Part shown: positions 63,341 through 64,000 of the stretch, piece after piece
Layout of the letters: each line of letters begins with the position of its first letter
How positions within the stretch are numbered: the stretch's first letter is position 1
Source of the DNA: Octopus bimaculoides
Taxonomy: Eukaryota
NCBI RefSeq assembly: GCF_001194135.2
Contig: NC_068982.1
Coordinates: forward strand, 41,370,717-41,434,716
Length of the DNA stretch: 64,000 nt
Direction: 5' to 3'
The notes under the pieces: model-generated
What the model was told of the DNA's origin: nothing
What the model saw: only the letters and a program-made list of their open reading frames with translations
Databases searched by the model: none
Program-made: the position numbers and the translations under genes

Positions 63341-63880
63341 AGCAAATTTAAAATGAAAAAAGCAAATAAAACGAAGGTATGGAGATTAAATACGCTTTAC
63401 ATCGCTTAATCAGCCAAAGGNNNNNNNNNNNNNNNNNNNNNNNNNNNNNNNNNNNNNNNNNNNNNNNNNNNNNNNNNNNNNNNNNNNNNNNNNNNNNNNN
63501 NNNNNNNNNNNNNNNNNNNNNNNNNNNNNNNNNNNNNNNNNNNNNNNNNNNNNNNNNNNNNNNNNNNNNNNNNNNNNNNNNNNNNNNNNNNNNNNNNNNN
63601 NNNNNNNNNNNNNNNNNNNNNNNNNNNNNNNNNNNNNNNNNNNNNNNNNNNNNNNNNNNNNNNNNNNNNNNNNNNNNNNNNNNNNNNNNNNNNNNNNNNN
63701 NNNNNNNNNNNNNNNNNNNNNNNNNNNNNNNNNNNNNNNNNNNNNNNNNNNNNNNNNNNNNNNNNNNNNNNNNNNNNNNNNNNNNNNNNNNNNNNNNNNN
63801 NNNNNNNNNNNNNNNNNNNNNNNNNNNNNNNNNNNNNNNNNNNNNNNNNNNNNNNNNNNNNNNNNNNNNNNNNNNNNNNN

Positions 63881-63964
63881 GTCTTCTACTATAGCCTCGG
63901 GCCGACCAAAGCCTTGTGAGTGGATTTGGAAGACGGAAACTGAAAGAAGCCTGTCGTATATATG

Positions 63965-63995
<31 letters not shown>

Positions 63996-64000
63996 GTGTG
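63881..64000 (+). mobile_element. SINE family A fragment
   Basis: gtcttctactatagcctcgggccgaccaaagcc... followed by the TA/TG tract. Confidence 0.8.

Overview
AT-rich, repeat-dense eukaryotic DNA with six assembly gaps. The SINE/MITE/microsatellite landscape looks like an octopod cephalopod genome; this is recognition from memory, not a database result. Two convergent multi-exon genes were reconstructed by hand from GT/AG sites and codon phases. (1) + strand: a SoxH/SOX30-like HMG-box transcription factor, 6 coding exons from 7301 to 31578 (~423 aa visible; 5' exon not found), with an unusually diverged HMG box. (2) - strand: an ARHGAP19-like RhoGAP, 12 coding exons from 60555 to 42652 (618 aa from the first ATG seen). 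Introns and intergenic DNA contain several tRNA-derived SINE families, TTAA-flanked piggyBac-type MITEs, two abutting decayed Tc1/mariner elements and two LINE relics. One LINE relic is RTE-like with a C4HC3 PHD finger inside its RT region. The most unusual non-genic signal lies at 32.3-37.2 kb, between the two gene 3' ends: a near-complete Penelope-type hammerhead ribozyme motif, two fold-backs built from degenerate hammerhead cores, and a 90-bp perfect inverted repeat. No CRISPR array, rRNA or bona fide tRNA gene is supported.
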